From Cyanophora paradoxa CCMP329 (taxonomy: Eukaryota; Plantae; Glaucophyta), in NCBI GenBank assembly GCA_004431415.1, contig QPMI01000180.1, positions 124,001 through 188,000 of the forward strand: a stretch of DNA of 64,000 bases, in the 5' to 3' direction. Of this stretch, positions 23,847 to 36,300 are shown piece after piece. The translations under genes and the position numbers were made by a program. The notes under the pieces were generated by a model. It worked only from the letters and a program-made list of their open reading frames with translations. It had not been told where the DNA came from and made no database searches. Each line of letters begins with the position of its first letter. Position 1 is the first letter of the stretch.

Positions 23847-25597
23847 TCAGAGGGCGGCCTCGGCGGGGGCGAGGCGGGCCCGCTTGGCGGGGGAGGCGGC
23901 GGCGTCGGGGCCCTCCTCGGGGGCCGGCGCGGGGTCGTCGCTCGGGGGTACGACGACGAGGGCCGGGGCGTCGGCGGGGCGGCACGCCGGCGAGGCGGGG
24001 CGCTTGGGGGCGGCCTGGAGCTCGAGCATGGCGAGGACGGCCGACTGGAGCTCGTCGAGGGGCCCGCGGGCGTCCCCCTCGAGCGCCGGCAGCATCGTGA
24101 AGGACGAGCAGCGCGACACGTGCGTCGCCGCCCCCTCCGACGGGCACGGCGACGCGCTCCCCGGCTGCCGCAGCAGCTCCGCGCCCGCCCCGGGGCTCCC
24201 CGGGCACCCCGCAGGGACCCGCTGGTCCTCGCACGCGCTGCCCACGCTGCCGGGCGGCGTCAGCCGGCGCGGGGCGGCGCGGCGGGTGCGCGGGGCGGCA
24301 CCTGCTGGTGCGCGAGTGGCTGCGGCGCCACGCGTCCGAGTCCGAGTCGCTGGGAGGGGCCCGGCGTCAGCGCGGCGCGCCGGGGCGGGGTCGGGCGGCG
24401 GGCCAGGGCGGGAGCGCTCACTAGTGGAAGGCGTCGCCCTTCTTGAGGCACTCGTCCTCGGAGAAGGTGCTCCCCCGGCGCGAGGCCGCCGCTGCCGCCC
24501 GTCTGGTCAGCGGCGCGGCAACGCGGTGCCCCGAGCGGGGCGGGGCGGGCGGGCGCACTGCTGTGGAGGAGGCGCTCGATGGCGCGGTCGCCGTGGTGGG
24601 CGCGCAGGGCCTCGAAGGGCGCCGGGGAGAAGGCGACGGGCACGGGGGACGGGCAGGACGAGACGACCGAGGCCGCGGACGGGCTGAACGCGCGCTCCTG
24701 CTGCTCCGGCACCTGCTGGTGCCCGTCCGGCGAGTCCCGCCGCGTCCGCTCGCCCCCGTGCGCCAGCAGCTGCTGCCGGCTCAGGAACCGCTGTGCCGAC
24801 GCCCGCTGCGTGACCGGCCGGCTCGGCTGGGGGACGGCGCCCACGGCGCCCGGGGCCGGGGAGGCCAGCTTCTGGGCGGCCACGGCCTTGTCGTCATCCG
24901 AGGACGGCAGGGCCTGGATGTGGGTGATCACGGAGACAGCTGCGGCTTTGGCTGCGGCCGCCGCCGCGGCGGCCTGGGCGGCTGTCCCGGTGCCGTTCTT
25001 CCGCTTCGGCCTGGCCGGCGGGATTGTGATCCCTGCTTGGCCCGTCTTCTGCACTTTGAGGAAGAACTTTTGGGCGTGGGAGCGGATCTGCATAACGTTC
25101 TTGGTCTCAACGTGCTGCTGAATGCGCTTCCAGTCCCGCTCATAGAGTCTGCGCGCGCGGTAACGCACGATAAGGAATGGAATGCGAGGAAGAGATTGAC
25201 CGGGAGGGACATGGACATGTCCGCAGGAAATAAGACGGAAGGGGAGCTTAAGAAGGTCTCTAGAAGTGCGGGGACGAATAGAAGGCAGGGGTGCGCACTT
25301 GAGGCCCTCGATGAAACGTGCGTGCTCCTCGTCCGTCCAGACCTCTCGAGGCTTCGTGATGGTGTACGGCTTCCTTGGCTTCTTCATGGCCGAGCTGTCA
25401 GCAAGGGCAGCCGCCGCCGCCGCTGCGACTGCTGTCACTGCCAGTGGACGAACATGCTCCGCGCCGAACGGTCCGGCCTGCTCGTGTATCGCCGATTGCG
25501 TCATCGTTAGCGAGCTGATGCCAGGCGCAGTGGGCGAGGCTGAGTCTCCCGTACTGTTACGCACCAATTGTGCAGAAGACAAACTTGCTTGCGCCAT
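23847..25597 (-). CDS. SHAQKF-type single-MYB transcription factor, REVEILLE/LHY-CCA1-like
   Basis: [74 protein letters not shown]; start and end approximate. Confidence 0.88.
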
Positions 25598-26395
25598 CCC
25601 GGGCTCTGCGCGGCCGGCAAACGCGTAGTCCGCGTCAGACCAGCTGCTCGTAGGTCCCCGACGCTGGGGAGGTGCCTCTAGAAGCGGCGCAGCCGGCAGG
25701 CGGGCCCGTTCAGACGGATGATTGACTTCCGGCGGGAACCCGCTGCGCGCAGTGGCGGACGGCTGCCGAATCACGCGCACCTCGGTTATAAAAATCTCCT
25801 TGGTCGGACGATGTGCCTCCAGACGCCGACGGAACGCCCAGTCCCTCTTGCCACCAAATGCTCGCCGGAGCTCCCTCTACGCCGCTGTCGGCTGCGATGC
25901 GACAAGGATCGACGTCGGTCGGTGCCTTTGTCCTGCAGATAACGCAAGCGGGCGGACCTGGTGATTTTTGCGCTGGAACTGGGGACTGGCGCCTTTGTTC
26001 GGGATTCAGGGAGGGTACGCGTCGTCAAGGAATCGAGCCGATCGCATCAGCTTGCGAAAGTTGATCGCGCAAACGCGACGCGTCGACGCACGCCTCCCCG
26101 AGTTTGGAGTGTGATGCGCACGCATCGGACAGCTCAGGGAAGGGAAGATCGGACCGGATGCCGCATGCGCAGTGCCACGGTACCGGTACCGGTGCAATGC
26201 GCTCGCTTCGACCCCCTGCGACGCGCGGCGTGGAGGGATCCGGCAATTTCATACGTCTGCGCGTGCATGTTTGCTTCGAAACGAGTCGTCCTGCACCGAC
26301 GTCGACTCTATCGCGGCGGCAGTCGCTCCGACATGAAATTGAGCGTACCCTGGTAAGAGCACATCCCCTCGCTTTTGTTTCATTGTACCCAAGCT

Positions 26396-26407
26396 TTTGA
26401 ACCGTTG
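26396..26407 (+). promoter_or_regulatory. Candidate CHR (TTTGAA) abutting a MYB/MSA core (CAACGG on the minus strand) upstream of the cyclin
   Basis: tttgaaccgttg ending 47 bp before the cyclin ATG; a short motif that could be chance. Confidence 0.35.
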
Positions 26408-26453
26408 CCAAAAGTTAGCAGCGTCCGGCTTTAGCTGAAAGCCAAGCCCAGAC

Positions 26454-27911
26454 ATGGCGGCGCTCAACGACGAGAACAAAAAGCCGGAGGTCATGATGGC
26501 AGGTGGCAAGGTCCCGGCCCTGGGGCTATCTGCGCGGACCGCCCTCGGCAACGTCACAAATAGCCTCGCCGTGTCCTCCCGCGACGGCAAGACCAGCAAG
26601 GTAATCGCTTCCTCGCCCCTTTCGGGCGGCAGCGCGCGCTCCCCGCCTTCTGCGCGGCGTTTGAAATCGAATCGCAGATCGGCGACTCCAAGATCCCGAA
26701 GCCCCAGACCGCCCGAGGTCCTTCAGCTTTTCGTTCTAACCGTTGCATAGCTCACAATTTCGCAGCCGGCCATGTGCCCGCTGTCCCCGCGGATGCCGCC
26801 TCGTCGTTTTCGGCGCGGATGTACCACGCGATGGAGGCCGAGCCCACGACGGAGTGCCGCATGGTTGATGCCGTTCGCAACGAGATTCAGCGCATCGATA
26901 ACAACGATCGCCGCGACCCGCAAGCCGTGGCAGACTACGTCAACGACATCTTCCTTTACCTGAAGGAGCTCGAGGTGGGGCACTTTTCATGCGCTATCGG
27001 TGATGCGTGTGAGTTTTCTCTAACGAATACATGCGCCGGGCAGATCAAGGAGGCTGTTCCCTCCAACTATATGGTCGCGCAGAGCGACATCAACGAGAAG
27101 ATGCGCGCTATCCTGATTGACTGGCTCGTGGAGGTCCACCTCAAGTTCAAGCTGGTCCCGGAGACTCTCTATCTCACCTGCAACATCATCGACCGCTACC
27201 TGTCCCAGAAGTCGGTCACGCGCCAGCGGCTGCAGCTTGTTGGTGTCACAGCTATGCTCATCGCGTCCAAGTTCGAGGAGATCTACGCACCGGAGGTTGG
27301 CCTCTTATTTACATATATTCGCCCCTCCCCCGCAGCTGCAAGGGAACTGATCGAATTTTTCTTTCTGCTCTTTTCCAGGTCCGGGATTTCGTTTACATCT
27401 CGGACAAGGCGTACACCCGGGACGAGATCCTCGAGATGGAGGGCTCCATCCTCGGCACCCTTAACTTCAACCTGTCGGTTCCGACGGCGCTCATGTTCCT
27501 CCCCCGCTTCTACAAGCTCGCGAACGTGCTGGACATGGAGACCCAGTATCTTGTCCATTACTTCTTGGAGCTCACCCTTCAGGACTACAAGTTCTTGAAG
27601 TACATCCCGTCCCTCATCGCTTCCAGCGCCCTCTACCTTGGCTTGAAGTACAAACGCCACATGAACCCCTGGGTCCGCCTACCCATCCTATTTCCTTTGC
27701 TGGGGCTGCCACTGAGATTTCTACGCAGTCGAACACCCTGCAGTACTACACTGGCTACTCCGAGGCGGCGCTGCGCAACTGCGCGAAGGAGATGGAGGAT
27801 GTGGCAAAGGCTGCGCCCACTCGTTCGCTCACTGCAGTCTACAAGAAGTACAGCGGCGCCAAATTCAACGAGGTCGCGAAGATCGTCGCGGCTGGCGTGG
27901 AGTCCTCGTAA
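26454..27911 (+). CDS. CYCB: Mitotic B-type cyclin
   Basis: D-box RTALGNVTN; DPQAVADYVNDIFLYL; INEKMRAILIDWLVEVHLKFKLVPETLYLTCNIIDRYL; LQLVGVTAMLIASKFEEIYAPEV; VYKKYS. Confidence 0.93.
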
Positions 27912-28626
27912 ATCCAATCCTCCCGTTCCTGGCACCTTGCCATGTTTGGCCCTTTCCCTCGGGCCCCTGTTTTCGAGCTCTGATCCCTCCTCATCGATTC
28001 GTCCCGATCTCCTCTGTCCATTACCTTCCTGGGTGTCGCTAGGGCGAGCGGTTCGCCCATCTACTTCGTAACCTTAGCCGGATCAGCTGTCTTTTGCTGC
28101 TCTGAAGCTTGTCCCTGTATCCTTACGCGAGCTGTTGCTCCATGCTTAGATAGCAGTGTGAAATATCAAACAACCTACAATCTCCGACTCTTTCTACCCG
28201 ACTCAACATTCCAGCGGCCTCAAGGCGCTTCGCCTGGGCCCCCGCCTTGCGTTTCTTTCGACGCTTGGGTGTCCTCGCCATGATGCACTAGCTGGCGCGC
28301 CGCCCGGCGCTGGTGCGCCGGGCGTTTGTGTGGCACTATGGTTACTGCACAAAATGGTGATGGGGGGGGCCCGGGTCTCATACAAACCAATGCTACCATG
28401 GGTACCCCCCCCCCTACTCTGCTTTGGACAGATTAAGGACTTTCCAGTTCGACATCTGATTTGAAAGGGCCGAATGCGAAGCTAGCATTACATAAACCCC
28501 TGATCCTTAATTGAAGTCGAGTTGGGTCAAATTTGATGTTGGGTTTACTTTAATGCTAGAAGTACAGGCTAGAAGTACATGGTTGATGGCCAAAGCTTAC
28601 TTCTATCTTGGGAAAATTGTCGTAGA

Positions 28627-30038
28627 TCAGAAGACTTCCTGATCTCTGCCTAAAATCCTCCTGACCTGATCTGGAAGTGTGCTCAACTGGCGGATCTTTC
28701 CAGCGTAGGAGGACATAAGCCCTGAAACTGGTTCACTCTGCAGGATGGCCTGGAGCCTGGACACAGGTGGCTGCAGGTGAACACTGTTCCCTTTGTTGCT
28801 CTCAATCACGTACGTCAGCATGCCTGTGATACGTCAGTAAAGAAATGGAAGAGGTGATCAGCAAGGTACGGACCTGGATCAATCTCTTTTCCGGTCAGGA
28901 ACTTGACCAGAGCAGATGCATAATCTCGGCAATCATTTGCCCCGAGCCAGTATGTGGCCTCGTAGGATCTAATTATAAGCACATGCATAAGCAAACACAG
29001 AAGTTTATCGGGGTGAATGACCGGCCTGTTAAACTCCTGGATCTCCTGTAGCGTCTTGTCTGTGGTGCCGACAAAAGCCCAGTCCACGGGATGCAGACGA
29101 TTTTCCTGCAAGGTTGCATCAGAGCCACGCAACTGCAAAACAAAACACTGCTTGCCTGGATCATGGCTGCTGTCTGACCTCGGAACTGCACTATGTGATC
29201 AGGTGGAATGCCTTTACCACAATTTGTGCAAAAACACATACTTTCTCAGTGTCTCCCCCTGCCTGGGGAACAAAATCGAGCACAACAGCCTCTTCAGCCT
29301 TTCCACAAGCAGAGGGAAGAACGATCTTGACTCCAACATGCTCCTATTAGAAATGAGCGGTACGATGTGAGTCCAGAAATGTGCGATGCGACAGGCCCAA
29401 GATGGAGCATATTACCAGGTAAATGAGCGGTAAGATGTGGGTCCAGAATCCCAGATCAAGTGGGCGCTTGCACAGGAGGACGTAAGCTTTTGGCGAAGCT
29501 GCACGCTCGGCGAGGCTCTCGGGCTCGGGCTGCATGTTCGAGTTTACGCGGGTCACAACTGGTTGCAGCGCTGGCAAGAACGGTCGCGCACCGAATGCGA
29601 TACAGCGGCGACCGTGCTCTGGCGCGTGGTAGGAGACAGGGGAGCTGTGATTCCTGGCCAGCGCGCGGGGTGAGCGGATCAAGATCTACCGACCGCATCT
29701 AAGGCGCACGGATCAAGTTGTACACCGGCCCCTGCGAAGAATGGCGTCAATGGAAGCGACGAAGAAAATGATGGGCGATAGCGTACGCGGAGATCCAGAT
29801 CTTTGATACTGGCTGGAATCTTTGGCCGGACACCCCAGCTGGGGTCGTACTGAGACAGACGCTCCCATTGACATGACAGATCAGTCTGTAAATTATACAC
29901 GGCTTGCCCGAACGCGGAACCCACGGCCGAGACCGAGGCCGAAGTCTTCTTGATACCGGAGCCGATACGAGAGCAGATGCTCGAGCAGCCTGCGGAGGCC
30001 TGCCGGCGCAGAGTCGCTGCCGACCACCACGATGCCAT
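28627..30038 (-). CDS. Permuted papain-fold (PPPDE/LRAT-like) putative peptidase; 5' exons uncertain (core starts near 29535)
   Basis: Spliced EHVGVKIV..VVLDFVP..FVGTTDKTLQEIQEFNRSYEATYWLGANDCRDYASALVKFLTG: His near the N-terminus and the Y.L..NDC catalytic Cys motif. Confidence 0.65.
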
Positions 30039-30326
30039 CGCGGCTCAGGCCGGGCGGGGCGCCGCAACGACAGCAACGAAGCTTAGACGTCACGCAAGGA
30101 GCCCCTGGCTGGAGCGCGGTACTAAAAGCTGGGGGGCCGTTGGCCGGTGCCGCGGGAGCTCGGCGAGTGGAAGGCGGGGCTGGCGCGGCCTGCAACTGTC
30201 GCAGCCAACCGTGTACCCACAAAAGACGGGTACGTGTGCGTCGTTCGAATGCCGCGAAGCGGCTGCGGAGAGAGGCGGGAGCGCCGGTATTAGAAGCATC
30301 ACACCCTGTAGCATCGGCTAGGTGGC

Positions 30327-33300
30327 ATGGAGCGCCAGCGCGTTGGACTTGGGCGCCTCCCTGCACGTCCGCCTGCTTCCGCGGAGCGCCCGAGCGAGGA
30401 AGTCTGTTGCCGCAGCGTCTGCGATAGCTTCCGAAACGCTGGGGAGCGCTGCATCGCTCTGGATCAAATGGGGCTCGCCACCTACTCCGTCGCTGCAGAG
30501 GGCGCATGGACCTCGCTCGTACCTTCGAGCATGCGGCCGCTGACGCTCTCGCAAGTCGCGCATTCCTTCGTCGGTGCGACGTTCGGCCTGCGACCTGATG
30601 CCTTCTAACTTGGCCGCCCCTAGGCCGCGTGCACACGCGCGAGTCCCTCGAGACTCGGCCTGCGACGGGCGACGCGTACGCAGGGGCGGATAATGCAGAG
30701 ACTGTGGATGCCGGTGACGGCACTCCAGAACGGCTGCAACGCGGCGCGGAATCAGACGCTGAAGAGCTCGAGGAGGGCTTGGTCCCCGAGACGCCATTGC
30801 TTCCAGTCCCGGCTGAAAGAGGAAGCCAACCGGTGTCGCCCGCGCAAGATCCAGCGATGCTGGCCCGCACGGGAACGCCCTCCCCAAGGGAGCATTTGAA
30901 ATCCCCAGGTGCTTTTCAATAACGGGCCTGCGACACATCTCTCTGCATTACTGACGTCGCCTTTGAAGGCACGTGTGAACCGGGCAACGAACGGCAAGCC
31001 GCAAAAATTGACGAGGCTGTCAAAGCAAAGCATGGCAACCGTCTAGCGAAGCGGGCACGGGTTGAAGTCGGCCCCGAACGGCAAGAGCAAGGACCAAGAG
31101 CGGACGCACAACCTGCTGGCAACAGCAGCGTCTCATCGGCAGTCGTTGACATGGGCGATCTGTTCTCGACGGGCAGCGGGCGGCCGGTGACTGTGTCGGC
31201 TGCGAGCCTGGCACGGGCGCAGGGAGCATTTGAGGGCAGCAGCAGCAGCAGGGGCGGCGGCGGCGGCGGCGGGGGCGGCGGCGGCGGCGGCCCATCGGCA
31301 GTCGTCGACATGGGCGATCTGTTCTCGACGAGCAGCGGGCGGGCGGTGACGGTGTCGGCTGCGAGCCTGGCGCGGGCGCAGGGAGCATTTGAGGGCAGCA
31401 GCAGCAGCAGGGGCGGCGGCGGCGGCGGCGGGGGCGGCGGCGGCGGCGGCCCATCGGCAGTCGTCGACATGGGCGATCTGTTCTCGACGGGCAGCGGGCG
31501 GGCGGTGACGGTTTCGGCTGCGAGCCTGGCGCGGGCGCAGGGAGCATTTGAGGGCAGCAGCAGCAGCAGGGGCGGCGGCGGCGGCGGCGGGGGCGGCAGC
31601 GGCGGCCCATCAGCGGTCGTCGACATGGGCGATCTGTTCTCGACGGGCAGCGGGCGGGCGGTGACGGTGTCGGCTGCGAGCCTGGCGCGGGCGCAGGGAG
31701 CATTTGAGGGCAGCAGCAGCAGCAGGGGCGGCGGCGGCGGCGGCGGCGGGGGCGGCGGCGGCGGCCCATCAGCAGTCGTCGACATGGGCGATCTGTTCTC
31801 GACGGGCAGCGGGCGGGCGGTGACGGTGTCGGCTGCGAGCCTGGCGCGGGCGCAGGGAGCATTTGAGGGCAGCAGCAGAAGCAGGGGCGGCGGCGGCGGC
31901 GGCGGGGGCGGCGGCGGCGGCGGCCCATCGGCAGTCGTTGACATGGGCGATCTGTTCTCGACGGGCAGCGGGCGGGCGGTGGCGGTGTCGGCGGCGAGCC
32001 TGGCGCGGGCGCAGGGAGCGTTCGGAGGAGCCGACGGCGGCGACGGCGGCGCTGCGCTGGACCCTGGAGAGGCGGTGCCCTGCGCGCCGCTTGGGGGTTT
32101 CTCGACGGCGAAGGGTCGGCCGCTTGGGCCCTCGACGGAGGCGCTGGCGCGTGCTGCGGCGGAGCTCGACGGGGCCGGCGACGCGAGTGCCGAGCTCGCC
32201 CTCGAGCTGCAGGCCCTCCAGCGCACCGCCGCCTCCTCCCGCGCCCGCTCCGCCGCCGCCGCCGCCAAGCGCGCCGCCGCCGGGCGCGCCTCAGGCCCCG
32301 ACCCGAAGCCGCGCGGGCCGCTCGTGCCGCGCCGGGAGCCGCCGGAGGCTCCGGGCGGCGCGACTCCCCTGGGCGGGTGCGGGGAGACGCCGGCGGCGCG
32401 GGGCGCGGGGCGGGAGGCGGTGCTCGGGAGCACGCCGAGCCCCGCCCCGAACCGCAACCTCTTCGAAACGGAGAACGAGTTCCGCTCCTCCGCCGGCCGC
32501 GGCCGCTTCGTCGCCCCCGCACCCCGCTCCACCCCCCGCATCTCCCTCGGCACGCCGGCGCCCTCCCCGCCGTCCCCCGCAACCCCCTCCGCCTCTCTGA
32601 TTCTGCCGCCGCCCTCGCCGGCGGAGACGCCTGCTCCGAGCGCCGTGCGGGGGAGGCACCTGGGGTACAACCCCTCCTCGGCGGGCAAGACGCAGCCCGT
32701 GGGGAGCACCGCCCTCAAGCGCCCCTTCGTGCCCCCGAAGCAGCGCGCGCCCCGCCTCTCCTCGCCCCTCGTCCGCGTCGCCCTCTCCCCGCCCTCCCCC
32801 GCCGCCCGCCAGGCCCCCTCCCCGGCCTCCAAGAAGGCCGGCGCGATCTTCCAGCTGGGCGGTGCGCGGGGCCGGCGGCCACCGGCGGCGGGGCCGAGGG
32901 CCTTACGGGGGCGCAGGGGAGGGGCCCCGGCTGCGCCTCTCGGAGATGACCCGCGAGCCGCCCCGGCGACTCTCCCCGGCCGAGCTCATCCAGCGGCACG
33001 GCCTGTGCGCGACCCGCCCCGCCCCGCCCCGCCCCGCCCCGTCCGCGACGGCGGCGGCGAGCGGCGAGCGGGGTCGCAGGGCGCCGGAGGTGGTGCACAT
33101 GACGAGCGAGTCGGCGGCGGGGTACCGCTTCGTGGAGGCCGGCGGGGACGGGCGCCGCGTCGGGCCCGACGAGCTCCGCCGCGCCCTCCTCGCCTGCGGG
33201 GCGCGCGAGTCGCTGGCGCCCCCCGCCTGGGTCGCCAACCACTTCCGCTGGATCGTCTGGAAGCTCGCCTCGCAGGTGCCCCCTGGCCCCGCGCCCCGCG

Positions 33301-36300
33301 CCGCGCCGCCTCGGCGCCCCCGGCCGAGCCGGGCGCAGGAGCGGAGCTTCCCGGAGCTCTTCGCCGGCCGCCGCCTCACGGCCCGCGTCGCTCTCGACCA
33401 GCTCCGCTACCGGTGCCCGCCCGCCCACCCGTCCGCCCGCCCCCTCTGGGCGCGCCGGCCGAAAGCGGGGCAGGTACGAGCGGGAGGTGAACCGGGCGGA
33501 GCGCCCCGTGCTGCGCAAGATCCTCGAGCGGGACGAGGCCCCCTCCCGCCACATGGTCCTCTGCGTCGCCGCCATCCGCCACCTCGGCGCGCCCGCCCCG
33601 GGCCCCGGGACCGGTGCATGCCCCGCCCCCCGCCGCCGGCTCGTCGGCATCACGTCCCGTAGCGCCGGAGCTCCCGCCGGGCTCGCAGGAGGCGTCGCAG
33701 GAGGGGCGCGGGCGCGGGCGCTCCTCGACGGGCCCCACGGCGGGGCGCGCGGAGATCGAGGTCACGGACGGCTGGTGCGCGCGCCCCGGCGGGGGCGGGG
33801 CGGGGCGGGGCCGAGGGCGGGCGGCAGGTACTCGGTGGGGGCGGTGCTGGACGAGCACCTGACGGCCCTCGCCCGCCGCGGCGCCATCTACCCGGGCCTC
33901 AAGCTCCGCGTCGCCTGCGCAGCGGCCCGCCCCGCCCCGCCCCGCCCCGTCCGCGGCGACGCCGACGCGGGGGCGCAGCTCTCGGGGCCGCAGGACGGGT
34001 GCAGCCCGCTGGAGCCGGCGGCGAAGAGCGTGCGGCTGATGCTGCACGTGAACGGGACGCGGCGGGCGCACTGGGACGCCCGCCTGGGCGCGCAGCGGGT
34101 CCCGCTCTTCTCCGTGCGCCTCGCCTCCGTCAAGCCGGACGGCGGCGTCGTCCCCTGCGTCTACGCCCTCGTGCGCCCCGCGCCCGCGCCCGCTGCCCCG
34201 CTGCCTTGCCAGCCGCCTTGCGGCGCCGACGACTGCGGGGCAGGTGGAGCGGCAGTACCCCCTGGTGTACGTGGAGACCCTCCCCGAGAACGGCGGCCGC
34301 GCCCGCCGCACGCCCTTCGGCGAGGAGGCCGCCCGCCGCCGCCACGAGGTCCCCGCCCCCCGTCCCCGGCCCCGCCCCGGCCCGCCGCGGGCCTGACGCG
34401 CCGCGCAGGCGGAGGCGATGCAGCGCATGCAGCGGGCCCTGCAGGAGCGGCGCGCCGCGGCCGCCGAGGCCCGCCGCCGCGAGCAGGAGCGCATGCAGCG
34501 CGCCGGCGCGTCGCGGCCGGCGGCGGCCCCGCAGGCCAAGCGGCGGCGGCGGTCCCTCGAAGGCGCGCGGGGCGGGTCGGGGCCGGGCGGGGCGGGGATG
34601 CGGTGCGGGCCGGCTGAGCGGGGCGCAGAGCTGGAGGAGCTGAGCGACGGGGAGGAGATCGCCGCCGTCCTCGAGGCCGCGCACGACCCCGACGTGCCCC
34701 CGCCCCCTCCGCCCCGCGCCTTTCCTCCGCCCCAGCAAGCCGGCCCCGTGCGCAGGCCGTGTACGCGCGCCTCAGCCGCTCCCAGATCCGCGAGTACGAG
34801 CGCCACCTGGTGCGTTTCGCCGCCGCCGGCGCGTTGAGAACGCGCGGCGCGAATGCGGCGCGGGGGCAGGAGACGAAGGCGCGGGCGGCGCGGGAGGCCG
34901 GGGAGGGGCTGGACGACGAGGCGGCGGCGCGGGCGTTCCTGGAGGAGGCTGCGGCGGAGGGGTGCGGGGCGGCGGCGCGCGACGTCGTCCCCTGCCTCCG
35001 CCTGCGCCTGCGGGAGGCCTTCCAGCCCTCCGCCCCCCCTGGCTCGCCCTCGGCCCGCCTCGGGCGCCCCCGCCGCCCCCTCCGCCGCCGGCGCCGCCTA
35101 CGTGAGCGTCTACCGGGCGAGCGACGAGGCGCTGGCGGAGCTCGCCGAGGGCCGTTTCTTCCGCGTGCGCCCCGCCCCCGCGCCGCCCCGCGCCGCTCCC
35201 CGTCGCCCGTCGACCCGGAGGCAGGTGTGCCTGCTGCACCCGCCGCGCTCGGCGCCGCGGGCGTGGGGCGGCGGGGCGGGCCTCCTCACCCTCACCGCCC
35301 GCTCGACGACGCGCTGGGCGCCCCTCGCCGTCCCCCGGGGGCCGCCGCCCCGGATCCGCCCGTGGCGGGGCTCGAGGGGCTCGAGCCCGGCGAGAGCGCC
35401 CGCGCGGCAGCCGACCTCGGCGCCCTGCGGCGCGCCGCGGCTTCGGGCGGTGGCGACGGGGGCGGCGTCGGAGGCGAGTTCGACGCGGCGCTGGTGTTCC
35501 TGGCGGGGGCGCCCCCCGGCCCCCTCTTCTTCGCCGGCGAGACGGGCGACCTGCTCGCCGTCACCCTCCGCGGGCAGGACCTCTTCGACCCCGCCCTCCT
35601 CCGCGTCCGCGGCCCCGCGCCCTGCCCCGCGGGGGCGCTCGCTCAGCTGACGGGCGGGGCGGGGCAGCCGCTGTGTGCGCTGGCGGGGGCGAACCTGCAG
35701 CTGCGGGCGCACGACGCGCGCCTCGGGCTCCTCGCCGCCGACGCCGGCGAGTACACGGCCCTCTCCGCCGCCCCCCGCCACCGCGTCCGCCCGCCCCGCC
35801 CCGCCCCGCCCCCGCCTTGCGCCCCTCCGACGCCGGCGCAGCACCTGCGGGAGGCGCTCGCGTCGCTGCAGGCCGCCCTTCGCGCGTGCGCTTTCTCTGT
35901 TGCGGCTGCCGCAGCCGCGGGGGCGCTGAGCGGCGCGAGCGGCAGGGACCCGGGGCTCTTCGAGGAGGCGGCGGCGCGGGCGCAGGCCCTCCTCGGCTGC
36001 CCCGTCGCCCCCGACGCGCCCCTCTGCCTCCCCTCTCCCTCCCCGGGCCCTGGGGCGGCGCGGTTGCCCGCCTCCCCGGCGCCTCCCCGCTTGGGGCCGC
36101 GGCGGCCGGGACTCTCTCCCCGCCTCGACCCCGGCGGCTGGACGCCCGGCGGGTGGACGCCGGCCGCGCGCTACGCCGCCCCGTCCAGCGCGCTCCGCAC
36201 GGCGGCGGGCGTCCCGGCGTCGCCGTACGGGGCGCGGCCGCCGAGCTCGCCGGTCCCGCAGCTGCAGTGGCGCACCAGCGACGTCGCCTGCGACCCGCCG

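Noticed and set aside
31133-32030. Regular repeat array resembling CRISPR
   Set aside because: Units are wholly repeated, in frame and encode BRC repeats; no unique spacers or cas genes; eukaryotic context
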